From Eledone cirrhosa (lineage: Eukaryota): DNA of 64,000 bases. The stretch's first letter is position 1. Each line of letters begins with the position of its first letter. The translations under genes were made by a program, and so were the position numbers. Below, piece by piece: positions 40,108-55,636 of the stretch. The stretch covers positions 61,318,001-61,382,000 of the forward strand of contig OZ024742.1 in assembly GCA_964016885.1 (NCBI GenBank), read 5' to 3'. Below the pieces are notes generated by a model that was not told the origin of the DNA, did not search any database, and saw only the letters and a list, made by a program, of their open reading frames with translations.

Positions 40108-40661
40108 TATTTGTCATTATAAATACGCATTTCAGGCTAAGTGATAGATTGATAGATAGCGAATGAGGAGATTGTATAATATATATAGAAAACGAACTTT
40201 GGAGTCAAATAAAGCTGGTAGTTTGGTTCTTATCCTTTTATGTAAGAGAAAGCCTTCACATTAAAACACAATCGCTATGGATGAAACGGTAACTGAAAAA
40301 TCGGTTTCTTTAATGTCAATTGACGTATTCTTTTTCTTACATCTGCACATGTTCCCTTAGCTAAATTTATCAAAGTGGATTACCAAGTTATGGAGAAGAT
40401 TAAAAGATACTAACATCCTTTACAGCTAGATCAACGTTATATAGAAATTTCTCAAATCGATTGTTTGTTGTTGTTTGTTCTTTGTTTTCTTTTTTTTTTT
40501 TTCCTTTTTTTTTTTGCATTCCCACTTTTAGAGATTGACCATTTCAACGTGGACTCTCGTTCGGCTCACAAAGAATATTTCCTTTTAATTCCACTTCGCT
40601 GACTGAGAAAAATGACATTATATAATAGAATATACAGTGTGGCTTAGAGACTATTTGTTAA

Positions 40662-40734
<73 letters not shown>

Positions 40735-40932
40735 CCTCCTCCCCTCTCTCTCCAAACACACACACACAAACCTCGAATCCTGATGTTCAAATCACGCCTC
40801 CTTCTGCTGGAAGTTGCAACCAGCAAATAGTATCCGCAACAGAAAGACCAATGGAAAAATTTACCTTTACCTTTACTCTGATATGACGATCACCGTGTTC
40901 CCTTTTATTATATATACTTATATAGACTTATA

Positions 40933-41020
<88 letters not shown>

Positions 41021-42022
41021 CGTGTGTGTGTGTGTGTGTGTCCGCTTATTTGGCGTTATTGGCTAGAGTATCTCTCCGTATGGTAGTTTGTGTATGGTTA
41101 GTATAGTTGCGGTTGCACTCGGTTTCTTTTTACTACTTCACTAATAATACAACAACAAAATAAAAGTGCTCCAGTTTGGGCCAAAGGAATCTATACGATC
41201 CCTGGTGTCATCAGTACTCCTCAGGGGTAACTATACCTACGGCGGATATCTCCAGATAACATATGATGGTGGATGTCTCAAGCTGTATATAAAATATTAA
41301 TAGATGTATGTTTTCGTATATCATATCGCATTAATCATACACAAATCAATGCCATCCAGAGGCTCGATAATCCTGATGAAATTTTAGGGACGCAAAGGTT
41401 ACACGAGGCGTATGTTGGGTATTTAAAACCTGGCTTAGTCCAACCCTCTCCAGATCTTTCTTCCAAGAACAAACTCAAGTGAGAAAGCAAGAGAGAACTA
41501 AGAAAAGGAGTATAGAGGAATAATTGACCCCAGTATATTGAACTGTTAGTTTATTTATCGACCGCGAAAATATGAAAGGCAAAGTGGATCTCGGCGGAAT
41601 TTGAAAGCTGGTCATATAGAATAGAAACGATTACTGCGAAGCATTCTATCGAACGTTCTAACGGCTCTACTAATTCGCTGCTTCACACACACGTTAACAC
41701 ATACATACGCGTGTATGTATATCTTTGTTTTGAAGAGCATAACTTCATTGTTAGGGTGTTTAGCTTATGATCAAAAGGTCTTGAATTCGATTACCGGTAG
41801 CGCATTAAAATAACGTTTTATATTTGTCTCTCAAGACACTGAGCTGGAAAAAAAGGATTGTAACTCTGGTTCAAAGGATCAGCGTTGTCATACTCTGTGT
41901 TACCATCAATCACCATGAGAATTGCATTAAGAGTACACATAAGGGTGGAATGTATATATGATTTTATATATATATATATGTGTGTGTGTGTTTGTGTTTG
42001 TGTGTGTGTGTATGCATCTATG

Positions 42023-42159
<137 letters not shown>

Positions 42160-42241
42160 GATAAACAGAAATAACAACACAATCGGTACAGTATATGGTA
42201 AGAATCTATTAGGTTAATGCTTGAAATAGCAGGAAGAGGGC

Positions 42242-42275
42242 CTTAACGTTTCGGACGCTAGTCCTTCATCAGAAG
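42242..42275 (-). ncRNA. Minimal type I hammerhead
   Basis: ctt-CTGATGA-a-ggac-tagc-gtcc-GAAA-cg-TT-aag. Degenerate relative at ~6205-6238. Confidence 0.7.
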
Positions 42276-42690
42276 AAAGAATGAGAAATTAGAAAGATAG
42301 AAAGGACAGGCTGGGCGGCATCGGAAAAATGTTTTTAGAGAATAATAACAGGTCCATTCCTGTTGCCTTCTCTTGGAAAATTGTTGATGTTGGCGTTTTG
42401 TGTATGATTTATTTTTTTAGAAAAGTGGATGATGGACGCGTCTACCTGAAGTGGAAAAAACCGCTTTCTATAAAGAGATGTACTTGTGCACGTGCGTACG
42501 CGTGTTTGTGTGTGCGTGTGTTTGTGTATATGTAAGTAAAAGTGTGTGTGTGCTTGTAAGTACGAAGTTATGTGCAAACGTATGTTAATATAAGGGTTTG
42601 TGTGTGTTTATACAGAGCTGTGAGGGAAAGTGGAATGTGCGTATTTTGTTGGTCTGTATTAACTGTACTAAAGAAATCATATATGTATGC

Positions 42691-42736
<46 letters not shown>

Positions 42737-42746
42737 ATATATACGT

Positions 42747-42802
<56 letters not shown>

Positions 42803-42805
<3 letters not shown>

Positions 42806-43993
42806 CTGTCCTAATAACTTAATTTAGTTATTATTGCACCGACGTGAGGTATATGATTTTTAATGCAATGAAATATCTATGATCGTCGGCAAATCACTTA
42901 TGAGGGACTCATTTTATTACTTGTTATCCATGTGCAACCTGCAGTATTCTTCTCCCCATTTTTTTAAATATATTTACCTTAACTGCGATTCTGTTTTTTT
43001 CTCTCTCTCTCTCTTACTGCTCCCTCGTTCTCTCTGTTTCTCCTACTTTCTTTCGCCCCCTCTGTCATGTCAGTTAACTCTTCCTCACACTTCCACTCAC
43101 TCACTCACTGTTTCTCCCCTTCTCACTTCACCCCATTCGCGACGAAAACATTTTCTCTCTTTCTCACATTTGGATTCATCCCGAAAGGTCTTTTTTCTAA
43201 GCGCTCATATATTCACCTAGCTTATGCTAACAGAATAACTATGTAGCTTGTTCCCTTCCTCTCTACGGTTAGCTCTCCTCTTTGTTGTTATTTTGTCTCA
43301 CTCGCTTTACGCGTTTTAATTGTCCTAATAACTTAATTTAGTTATTATTGCACCGACGTGAGGTATATGATTTTTAATGCAATGAAATATCTATGATCGT
43401 CGGCAAATCACTGATGAGGGACTCATTTTTTATTACTTGTTATCCATGTGCAACCTGCAGTATTCTTCTCCCCATTTTTTCACATATATTTACCTAAACT
43501 GCGATTCTGTTTTTTCTCTCTCTCTTACTGCTCCCTCGTTCTCTCTGTTTCTCCTACTTTCTTTCGCCCCCTCTGTCATGTCATTTAACTCTTCCTCACA
43601 CTTCCACTCACTCACTCACTGTTTCTCCCCTTCTCACTTCACCCCGTTCGCGACGAAAACATTTTCTCTCTTTCTCACATTTGGATTCATCCCGAAAGGT
43701 CTTTTTTCTAAGCGCTCATATATTCACCTAGCTTATGCTAACAGAATAACTATGTAGCTTGTTCCCTTCCTCTCTACGGTTAGCTCTCCTCTTTGTTGTT
43801 ATTTTGTCTCACTCGCTTTACGCGTTTTAATTGTCCTAATAACTTAATTTAGTTATTATTGCACCGACGTGAGGTATATGATTTTTAATGCAATGAAATA
43901 TCTATGATCGTCGGCAAATCACTGATGAGGGACTCATTTTTTATTACTTGTTATCCATGTGCAACCTGCAGTATTCTTCTCCCCATTTTTTCA
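42803..43993 (+). repeat. Tandem array, ~512 bp x 2.3 units, each with a permuted hammerhead-like motif
   Basis: Units start at ~42803, 43317 and 43828. Pyrimidine-rich body like PLE 3' UTRs. Confidence 0.9.
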
Positions 43994-44015
43994 TATATAT
44001 ATATATATATATATA

Positions 44016-45372
44016 CAGGATGTTTCAAAATATTTGATATCATTTCGCAATCTAATAACTTTGCCAGTTCCCGTTGAAATGACTTCAAAGTTTAACAGCA
44101 TGTGTAGAAACGGATCAAGATTTTAGGTTTAATATTTGATATTTTTATCCTTTTAGGTATAGAAATGGCATTCACTCGAAGAGAAAAGGCGTTTTGTGTG
44201 TTGGAGTATGCTCGAACACAGTCGAACATGTCTGTGCAGCGTGCATTTGTGAGAGACTTTTCTAAAAAGTCACCAACGGCAATGCAGATTTGGACATGGC
44301 ACAAAAATTTCAAACAGGAAGGCTGTATGAACAGAGCAAAAGGATCTGGACGGCCACTAACATCGGAAGAGATGGTCGAGCGGGTTCGCCAAAAACGCTT
44401 GCGAAGCCCCAAGAAGTCCATAAGAAAACAAGTCTGGAAACCCAGATTCCTCCAACGACAGTTTGTCACATCCTGAAGAAATGCTTGCTACTGAAACCCT
44501 ACAAGCTGCAGCTCTTTCAGGCCATAATGGTAGATGACAAGCGAAAGCGCAAACAATTCTGTGTTGATATGCAAGAGAAACTTGAAGAAGACGAGTTCAA
44601 GGAACGCCTTGTTTTCAGTGATGAGGCCACATTTCATACGAATGGCAAAGTCAATAAGCATAATGTTCGCATTTGGGGCGAAGAAAGTCCCCTTGCCACA
44701 GTTGAGCATGAGAGGGACTCACCAAAACTGAATGTGTTCTACGCCATCTCCAATAAGCATCTTCATGGTCCGTTTTTCTTTGGGGGAAATGTGACCGGCG
44801 ATGTTTATCTGCAAATGCTTCAGAACAGCCTAATGGATGAGCTCATTGCAAATGAACATGAAGACTTCATTTTTCAACAGGACGGGGCTCCACCTAACTG
44901 GAAGCTCACTGTGCGGGCTTATCTCAATGACAATCTGCGAGGGAAATGGATCGGGCGTGCTGGTGATGAAGAAAATGTGCTGTTGAAATGGCCATCACGT
45001 TCACCTGACCTGACACCTTGCGATTTTTTTCTGTGGGGCTATGTGAAGGGCCTGGTCTATGTCCACACTCTTCCTGCAAACCAAGAGGAACTCAAGCAGC
45101 GAATCACTAACGCACTGCAGACTGTTACCCAAGACATGCTGCAGCGTGTTTGGGAGGAGCTGGACTACCGACTTGACTTGTGCCCTGTCTCATGCGATCC
45201 ACATATTAAATATTTATGAAATTATTCATGGAATAGACATACCTTTGAATTTCTCATTCAAATTTGGAGGAATAAATCTTATGTTGCTCAACATTAAGCC
45301 TGTTTAGTTTCATTTGCTTTGACTCTGTGATATTTACATCTCAAATGATATCAAATTTTTGGAAATACCCTG
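44016..45372 (+). mobile_element. Tc1/mariner DNA transposon, rosa/Visitor (DD41D)-like, frameshifted transposase
   Basis: Imperfect TIRs caggatgtttcaaaatatttgatatcattt / aaatgatatcaaatttttggaaataccctg, TA flanks. N-terminal HTH from 44165, FSDEATF, FQQDGAP, WPSRSPDLTPCDFFLWG. Frameshift near 44430. Confidence 0.95.
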
Positions 45373-45402
45373 TATATATATACACGCACACACACACACA
45401 CA

Positions 45403-45485
<83 letters not shown>

Positions 45486-46083
45486 CATACATAAATTATA
45501 TACATACATACATGATGGCTGCAAACTCTCCTAAGAGTATTGCAATCGCTTGTTAGATTATAGCGTTTGGCGCACTTTTAGGCTACGGCCAGCCACACCA
45601 ACCTGTAACGGATCGTGAATTATCAATGCCTATACTTTGAAGGTGTTTTTATGTGGGGAAAGGCCTTGCACTCGACCAATCCCACTCTCTGGGCATCGAA
45701 AACACTACCCGAAAAGGAGAAGTGGTCAACATCATCGGATGTTTCCGAAGCCGCAGGGTTGTTTATTTTTTCAGAGTTTCGCTCTCCTAGAAGAATGTTG
45801 TGACAACAGCTGGGGGCATTTCACTCCCAGGAAAAAAAAATACTATTTGGATGGCCGTTGACACTGCTGAGTTCCTCCGTCTTTTGGCGGCTATTGTATT
45901 TCCTCCCACAGGCTGTCCAAATATCACCTCCCTCACGAAGCAAGCTTGGTGGGGTTGCTCGTTTAGTCACCAACAACCCGACCATGAGACAGATTGTAGA
46001 GGGTTACATGTTACCAGTAGCATTCGAGAGCGAATTGATATACATACATACATACATACATACATACATACACACATCTATAC

Positions 46084-46166
<83 letters not shown>

Positions 46167-46207
46167 TGTATATGTATATATGTTTTTATATATATATATA
46201 TATATAT

Positions 46208-46646
46208 ATAGTGAAAGAGTGAAGAATAACATGATCAACATTACAAGAAGGGTTTTATTTACAGTATTTATTTATTTACAGTATTAACAATTGTAATTTG
46301 AATTTATAAACGCTATGTATAATTTTATTCAGTTTTTCTGATGATTTGGTTAAGCATACATCGTATTTAAAATTGAGTGACACAACTTCAAGTGATTAGC
46401 AATTTTAAGACAACTTAATCAATGAAACAATTGTTAATACTGTAAATAAAACCCTTCTTCTACTGTTGACCATGTTATTCTTCACTCTTTCACTATTATT
46501 ACTTACATAGGAACTCCCGAGAACTCATATACTTGCTACCTAAGGAAACCTGTTGTTGAGTCAAACAACGCCGTAGGCTAAAACTATCCATAATACGGAG
46601 TATTCACAACCTCTAACTGGATTACTTATAACGATAACTTGTTATC

Positions 46647-46650
<4 letters not shown>
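46208..46650. mobile_element. Foldback pLTR with extended-stem-II hammerhead (46330-46442, +)
   Basis: 46208-46293 is inverted at 46427-46497. cagttttt-CTGATGA-t-ttggttaag..cttaatcaa-t-GAAA-caattg-TT-aatactg. Confidence 0.7.
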
Positions 46651-46714
<64 letters not shown>

Positions 46715-46892
46715 TGTGTATTGCAAAATACACTATATATGCATTCACATATATATCGCTATTTCAGAGCACTAATTCTAATTTTCAATTTCTGCCTGAC
46801 CGGCAACCGCTCTGTATAATCAGTTCCTGATTATTACTAGGATTCTATAAGAATCAAACATTCATAATTTTCAGCAAACAGGTGGAGTACTT

Positions 46893-46937
46893 GGCTTTGA
46901 TAAGTACCAATCAGTACGAAACAGAGGTCTGTCAGCT
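46893..46937 (+). ncRNA. Type I hammerhead, U3-A8 core variant (pLTR family G, 46712-47070)
   Basis: ggct-TTGATAA-gtac-caatca-gtac-GAAA-caga-gg-tctg-TC-agct. Confidence 0.8.
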
Positions 46938-47063
46938 TTATCTCCCCTGTTTGCTGAAAATTGAAAGTAAGTGAGACTGTCACTACTCTAAAACAATAGC
47001 GTAAGGTCTTCGAAATGCTTTTAATTAAGCATACAGTGTATTGCAAAATACACTATATATACA

Positions 47064-47182
<119 letters not shown>

Positions 47183-47802
47183 GCAGTGAGTTATTTAATT
47201 TCTTGATTATTCAGCAAATTTAGTTTATAACAGATTAGAAGCACTCAACAGTATTCTTCTGGAGTATAATATCAATAATATTATTAAATGGAAGCTATCT
47301 TTATAAAAACATAACTATTTTATTATATATATTTCAAGGGTACCAACATTTTGGTACGCTCTCAAAAGATAAAATACAAAGTTGGTTTACAGATAGTGAC
47401 AAATTCAGACAAGAACTTAGAGTTATATTTGAATAGTGAACAAAACTTCAAATCACAAGATGAATATGCTAATGAGGATAACCATAAAACTGAAAAAGAT
47501 CGTTATGTTTAGATGCTAGGTAAATTTAAATAATTATTAGGATTATTTTTCATATAAGATAAAGAAATAGAGGTTATTATTAGGGTGGAAAAATATTTAA
47601 GGAAAGATTTTAAGAAAAAATATATTAAAGTTATTAACAGAATATTTATAGGAATGTACGTATATAAATGCCCGGGACATATTTGTGAGGGCGTAGAAAG
47701 AATGAAATAATTATGTTTATTTTTATTCATTTTATTATTTAAATTATATATTTTGGCAGTATTTAAAATGGCCCAGCAACCAACAAGAAACACCGTATGA
47801 GT

Positions 47803-47879
<77 letters not shown>

Positions 47880-48017
47880 TATATATATATATATATGTAT
47901 AGTATATTTGACAATATACCGTATGTTTAATTAATAACATTTTGAAGACCTTGCGCTATCATTTTAAAGTAGTGACTATGTCACTTACTTCTTTTTTCGG
48001 CAAAGGAAGTGGGAGAA

Positions 48018-48058
48018 GCTGACAGATTCTGTTTCACACTGTTGGTGTTCCTCGGAGC
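48018..48058 (-). ncRNA. Type I hammerhead (pLTR family G, 47895-48377)
   Basis: gct-CCGAGGA-acac-caaca-gtgt-GAAA-caga-a-tctg-TC-agc. The inverted truncated copy at 48341-48376 has CTGAGGA. Confidence 0.8.
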
Positions 48059-48376
48059 AGCATACTCGCCGACCTCTGCCGAAAATTGTAGAGGCCGGAT
48101 TCTTATAGAATTCCAGTAATAATCAGGAACTGACTATATAGAGCGATTGCCGCCCCAGCAAAAATTAAAAATTTGGATTGGTGCTCTGAAATGTATACAT
48201 GAATGTATGTATAGTATATTTGGTAATATACCGTATGTTTAATTAAAAAACATTTTGAAGACCTTGCGCTATCATTTTAAAGTAGTATGTATACATATAT
48301 ACATCGCTATTTCAGAGCACCAATCCTAATTTTTAATTTTGCTCTGAGGAACACCAACAGTGTGAAACAGAATCTG

Positions 48377-49203
48377 ATATGGAACTTAAAATGCAAGAAT
48401 ATGGACTATTCTTTAACATGGGCAATAGTTTCGAAAGCACCCGCATACCGAAACACAGCTTTATCTAGATTTTGCAAATTGTGTGTTGAGGAAATATTTT
48501 CATACTTAAATGTAAGAACTTTATTAATATAAGGACGAATTTATTCAGTTCTTGTAGACATCGCCTGAATTCAACGTTTAGACTATATATAATTTATAAT
48601 TACACTAATAATATTTCTACTTATTTCCATAACAATTTTATCCACTTGATTTTAATATATTGATATCTCTAAATCATACCTATAACATTTGCTATAATTT
48701 CACTTCTTAAAGTTTCTTAAAATATATACATATATGATTCTAATTTTTTTAATTTTAATTTAAATTTTAATTGTAATTTTAATCTTAATAATTTTTAATT
48801 CTTTATTTTTTATTTCTTTAATTTTTTATCTATTTTTAAAATTTACTTTTTTTTTAAAATTACTTATCTCTTATAAATTATTTTTTAAAAAGATTTTCCG
48901 AATTTTTTATATTTTTCTATATCTTTTATTAGATTTATAAACATTAACTAATTCTGCCTAAATGTATCTTTAACATTTATATTTATTTTGACAAAGTAGT
49001 CTCATACTAACGAATAAATAAACAAAACTGGAGATTTTTCCGTATCTTCCAATTTAAAAATATATAAATATAAATATTCTTATTAACTCAGTTAACATAA
49101 TTTAATTTAACTTAATATTTACTTACATTAAATACAAAACCAATATCCCTCATAACGATATACCCATCTATTCATTTATTTATCTATTTATCCATTTATC
49201 CAT

Positions 49204-49238
<35 letters not shown>

Positions 49239-49755
49239 TTTTTCAAATCTATTCTTCTATCTATTTATTTTTCTATCTACTTATAACAGTAAATATTATA
49301 TTAGAAAATAATTTTAACAACTAATTAATCGTAAATACACGTACCATTGAATATATTCCCCCAAATTAACGTTATATGAGTTTTATTGATCCTCTTCTCT
49401 CTATCCTCTCTCTATTTATTAATCCTCTTCTCTCTATCTCTCTCGTAATATTTTTCTCTCTCACTTTTCTCTCTCTCTCTCTTTCTCCAGTATCGTTTAA
49501 ATAAACGGTTGTTTTTCAATTATTTACATATTCATTTGCATATTCACACATAAGTTTGAATAAGCCCTAATATATTTCCCCTATCCAGTGACTTTCCAAC
49601 CGATAAGGTATGATTTTCATTGGTATATCTCTATTTATAAAACAAAGTTTGTATTTTATCTGATGAAAACGTACCAATGTTGTGTTGGTTGCCCTCCTTG
49701 AAATATATATAATAAAACAAATATGGTTTTATAAATATAGTTTCCATTTGTTTAA
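48377..49755 (+). mobile_element. Penelope-like 3' remnant: GIY-YIG tail, AT-rich UTR, hammerhead at 49654-49717; inverted pLTR partner at 47285-47383
   Basis: IWNLK...DYSLTW.IV.KA..Y....FC.LC.EE..SSCRHR. ttttat-CTGATGA..GAAA-tatata-TA-ataaaa. Confidence 0.75.
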
Positions 49756-49762
49756 TATATAT

Positions 49763-49822
<60 letters not shown>

Positions 49823-50034
49823 ATATAGGCAACAAATAACCAATATACAGAATTACAAATGTTATAAATATATTTATAACAATATATATTGTTATTGTTT
49901 TTGTGGTTACTAATGATTACTATAAATATTATTATTGTTATTATAATTATTATTATATATATATTTGTATTTATATGTTTATCTATATACATACGTATAC
50001 ACACAATCATACGCGCTTACTCGTGCACTTTCTA

Positions 50035-50109
<75 letters not shown>

Positions 50110-50116
<7 letters not shown>

Positions 50117-51262
50117 AATTAATATCTAGTAACATATATATATACATACAGATGCATATCAATGCTAGCAAATATATAGGTTTTGTCTTAGTAACTTTGT
50201 GGTTCAATGCATGGGGTTGCAGAACAATAATATGAGAGACGTAAAATAAGAAAATTATAAAATTAACTTACTTACTAAAATATCACTTCCAACTAATTAG
50301 TTTCTGAAATGGAATAAATATATTTTCCGAAGAAAACAAAGAGAATCATTTCGTCGTCAGGGAAGACTATTCTCATCTAAGTATCCAGGCAAAGCGTGGA
50401 CTCTGGAAACTTATTAAAAAATAATTCAGTGGATAGAAAATAGCAAAGCGTGGACTGAATTCCTAGCCATTGAGAAAATCACTGCCTCCGCGTCGGTGGC
50501 AAATTCAAAAAGAATCAATCACGTGACATCGAGGTCAATCAGTGGAAAGTGGTTTGCTAATAAGACAGCGGCAGTTTCCAGAGTCCACGCTTTGCCTGGA
50601 TACTTAGATGAGAATAGTCTTCCCTGACGACGAAATGATTCTCTATGTTTTCTTCGGAAAATATATTTATTCCATTTTAGAAACTAATTAGTTGGAAGTG
50701 ATATTTTAGTAAGTAAGTTAATTTTATAATTTTCTTATTTTACGTCTCTCATATTATTGTTCTGCAACCCCATGCATTGAACCACAAAGTTACTAAGATA
50801 AAACCTATATATTTGCTAGCATTGATATGCATCTGTATGTATATATATGTTACTAGATATTAATTCTTTATAATTATCTCCAAATTATTTGTCGAGCAAT
50901 ATTGGCCAAGACTGCTGCTATGGTAGCAGGCAGGCCGCTGTCTTATTAGCAAACCACTTTCCACTGATTGACCTCGATGTCACGTGATTGATTCTTTTTG
51001 AATTTGCCACCGACGCAGAGGCACTGATTTTCTCAATGGCTAGGAATTCAGTCCACGCTTTGCTAGTTTCTATCCACTGAATTATTTTTGAATAAGTTTC
51101 CAGAGTCCACGCTTTGCCTGGATACTTAGATGAGAATAGTCTTCCCTGACGACGAAATGATTCTCTTTGTTTTCTTCGGAAAATATATTTATTCCATTTC
51201 AGAAACTAATTAGTTGGAAGTGATATTTTAGTAAGTTAATTTTATAATTTTCTTATTTTACG

Positions 51263-51270
<8 letters not shown>
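50110..51270. mobile_element. Inverted plus tandem (~520 bp unit) pLTR-like repeat
   Basis: 50110-50572 is inverted relative to 50575-51270, which is itself tandem. Diverged partial copy at 60105-60315. Confidence 0.85.
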
Positions 51271-51318
<48 letters not shown>

Positions 51319-52329
51319 TCAGGTTATCAATAATGTAGTGATAATATATCGTTACGTTAGAGATGAACAGCGTACGTGTAGGTTTGCTCAACAAGTATAA
51401 ATTATATTCCGGAGAAAATGTAGAAAAGATTAATATAAAATGAAAGTGCTTTTTTAGAAAAGGAATTTATTAGGTATTGACATATGTTTCTGTAACAGGC
51501 GGAATACCTATGTATCGCTGCTTGCGTAATCATATAATGTTAGCAAGTATTCGATAGCAAATGTATAATCAGTTGTCACTTCTTCAGAGATTTTGGATAA
51601 ATTGGATAAAATCAGAAAAATTGAAGTATTTATATTAGTAATAGAGGAAGAAGAGAGGGGATAGTATATGACAGATGGTAATTCAATTTACTGCTAAACA
51701 AGTATATAAAGGGTTTCTAATGAGAATACCATGAGTAAATGGTTCATTTTATCTAAATAAGAATTTTTGGGAGTGCCAATTTTAATCTCTACTTGACCAA
51801 TTGGACAGTGGACAGGGCTGGTCATTTGGTGTAGTAGTATTAATTATAAAGTGTCAATTGGGGAAGGGGGAGATTTCGATTGCTACTGAATAACATCAAT
51901 GCTAGTAGCCAGCTGGTATATGCATTAGGGAATTGAATTAAGAAATCAGAAATCTCATTTTATCTATAGCAGTTTATATTAAATGGTAAATAATAGAAGA
52001 GTTGATAGAATTAAGACTAATAGAGAATGTTAATATCTATTTTGACAATCAAACGGAGATAGAGACAGTCGTTCAATCCTGGTAGTATTTATAATATGAA
52101 AATGTAGATTTTAAGCGATGGTTACAGTATAACGATCACTCTGTTCTGTTATTTAATAAAATGTTTTTGGATTTCATAATACAAAATAATTCCACATTAC
52201 ATAATTTACAAAATTCCTGTCCGTGGGAATATGGGGGGGGGAGCCGCTATTATATCCCATTTTAGGTGAAATTGTTGGTTATTTTCATGCAGCTGCCAAG
52301 CCTTGTCTGCGAGTGTTGTTACATAACGC

Positions 52330-52590
52330 TGGTTTTCATGTTTTATCGAGAAACACTCATGAAGCAATAAGATGGTTTAATAACATTACTGATAAGAAAA
52401 AAATCAAAATTTATTCAGTTTGATATTAATGAATATTATTCCTCAATTTCACCTGATACTCTACATGAAGCTCTTTCGTTCGCTAAGGCTAATTCCGACC
52501 TTACGGATGCTGAAATTAAAATTATTATGGAAGCGAGGAAAACTATAGTTAAATTCGATGATAGCTACTGGGTTCGCAAAGATAGATGGG
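52330..52590 (+). pseudogene. Penelope RT fragment
   Basis: EAIRWFNNI..K..FIQFDINEYYSSIS...LHEALSFAK....I.IIMEARKT......WVRK, with a frameshift. Hammerhead candidate on the opposite strand at 51475-51592. Confidence 0.8.
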
Positions 52591-52662
52591 TTCGCAAAGA
52601 TAGATGGGTTCGCAAAGATATATATATATATATATATATGTATTATATACATATATATATAT

Positions 52663-53287
52663 AGAAGCGATTCTTAGAGCTGAAATAATTGTAAATGACC
52701 CCATTGTGTGTAAACTCTAAGTTATATTATATTACTGCTCCCTCAGTCGAGCTGAATTTGTAATCCCATATAAACGGCTGTTATTTCTAGCACTATGTGT
52801 GGGACGTTAGAGGACTGGGATAAGTCGTGTGCAAAACCTCGTGTATTTTCGCTGCGTTAACCAGAACTTAGATATTTTTCTGAGGTGAAGTTACTTAATT
52901 TATCTGGGTACCTATTGATAAACACAGAAAATTAATTAACTCGCTACTAATTAATTAGTTATTTCACTATTATACCATCCTTTGTGAAACATGTTTAAAG
53001 TTTGAAGTTCTGACCGATCTGCGGAAAAAGTTTGTATTTTGAAATTTAAACGTGTCTAGGTACCAAGGCCTTTTGCCCATATGGGTTTGTGAGTATTGAT
53101 TTATTATTTTTTAGATCGTACAGGCAAACTATATGTATTTGAATTAAGATATTTCATTCTAACGATTTTATTAGTCAATTGCAACTAAAACATGCAAATG
53201 TTCATCAAATATTAATGTATTCTGCTCAGAAACGATTCTTAGAGCTGATATAATTGTAAATGACCCCATTGAGTGTAAACTCTAAGT

Positions 53288-53295
<8 letters not shown>
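52663..53295. repeat. Direct repeat (~68 bp) bounding a ~565 bp unit between (TA)n tracts
   Basis: cgattcttagagctga.ataattgtaaatgaccccattg.gtgtaaactctaagttatattata at ~52668 and ~53233. Confidence 0.8.
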
Positions 53296-55060
<1,765 letters not shown>

Positions 55061-55529
55061 CATACACATGGTCAAAGGAGCTCTTAAGAGTCAATGGCCA
55101 TCCAAAATCACCGGGAGAGATGAGCCCTTAGCCTTTGTCAAGGCAGAATTCTAGGAGAAGGAAAACTATGATATAACACCTGCAACCCTGATGGTATCCA
55201 ATGATGTTGACTTGTTCTTCTTTTTGGTAAATACTATCTTGGTTAAGAGAGTGGGACTGGCTTTGTGCAGTGCCTTTTCTCACTATAAAAGCTTCACGGC
55301 ACAGGCATTGCTTGATATCTGGAGATATCTCCGCACTTGTCGTCACATGGTACCATGGGCCCAGCACTATGTGTCAATAATTGTGACAAGTGTATTGTTT
55401 GTACCAGAGTTTCAAGTCGCTGGCTGAACTAAAAAGTCACACTCGTTCAGCGCATCGGTAGGGGTTCTCCTACATGGATATAAAGTAGTGGCCGTACTCG
55501 AAAACGAGTTGGCAGCCACCATGTATATA

Positions 55530-55574
<45 letters not shown>

Positions 55575-55575
55575 C

Positions 55576-55636
<61 letters not shown>

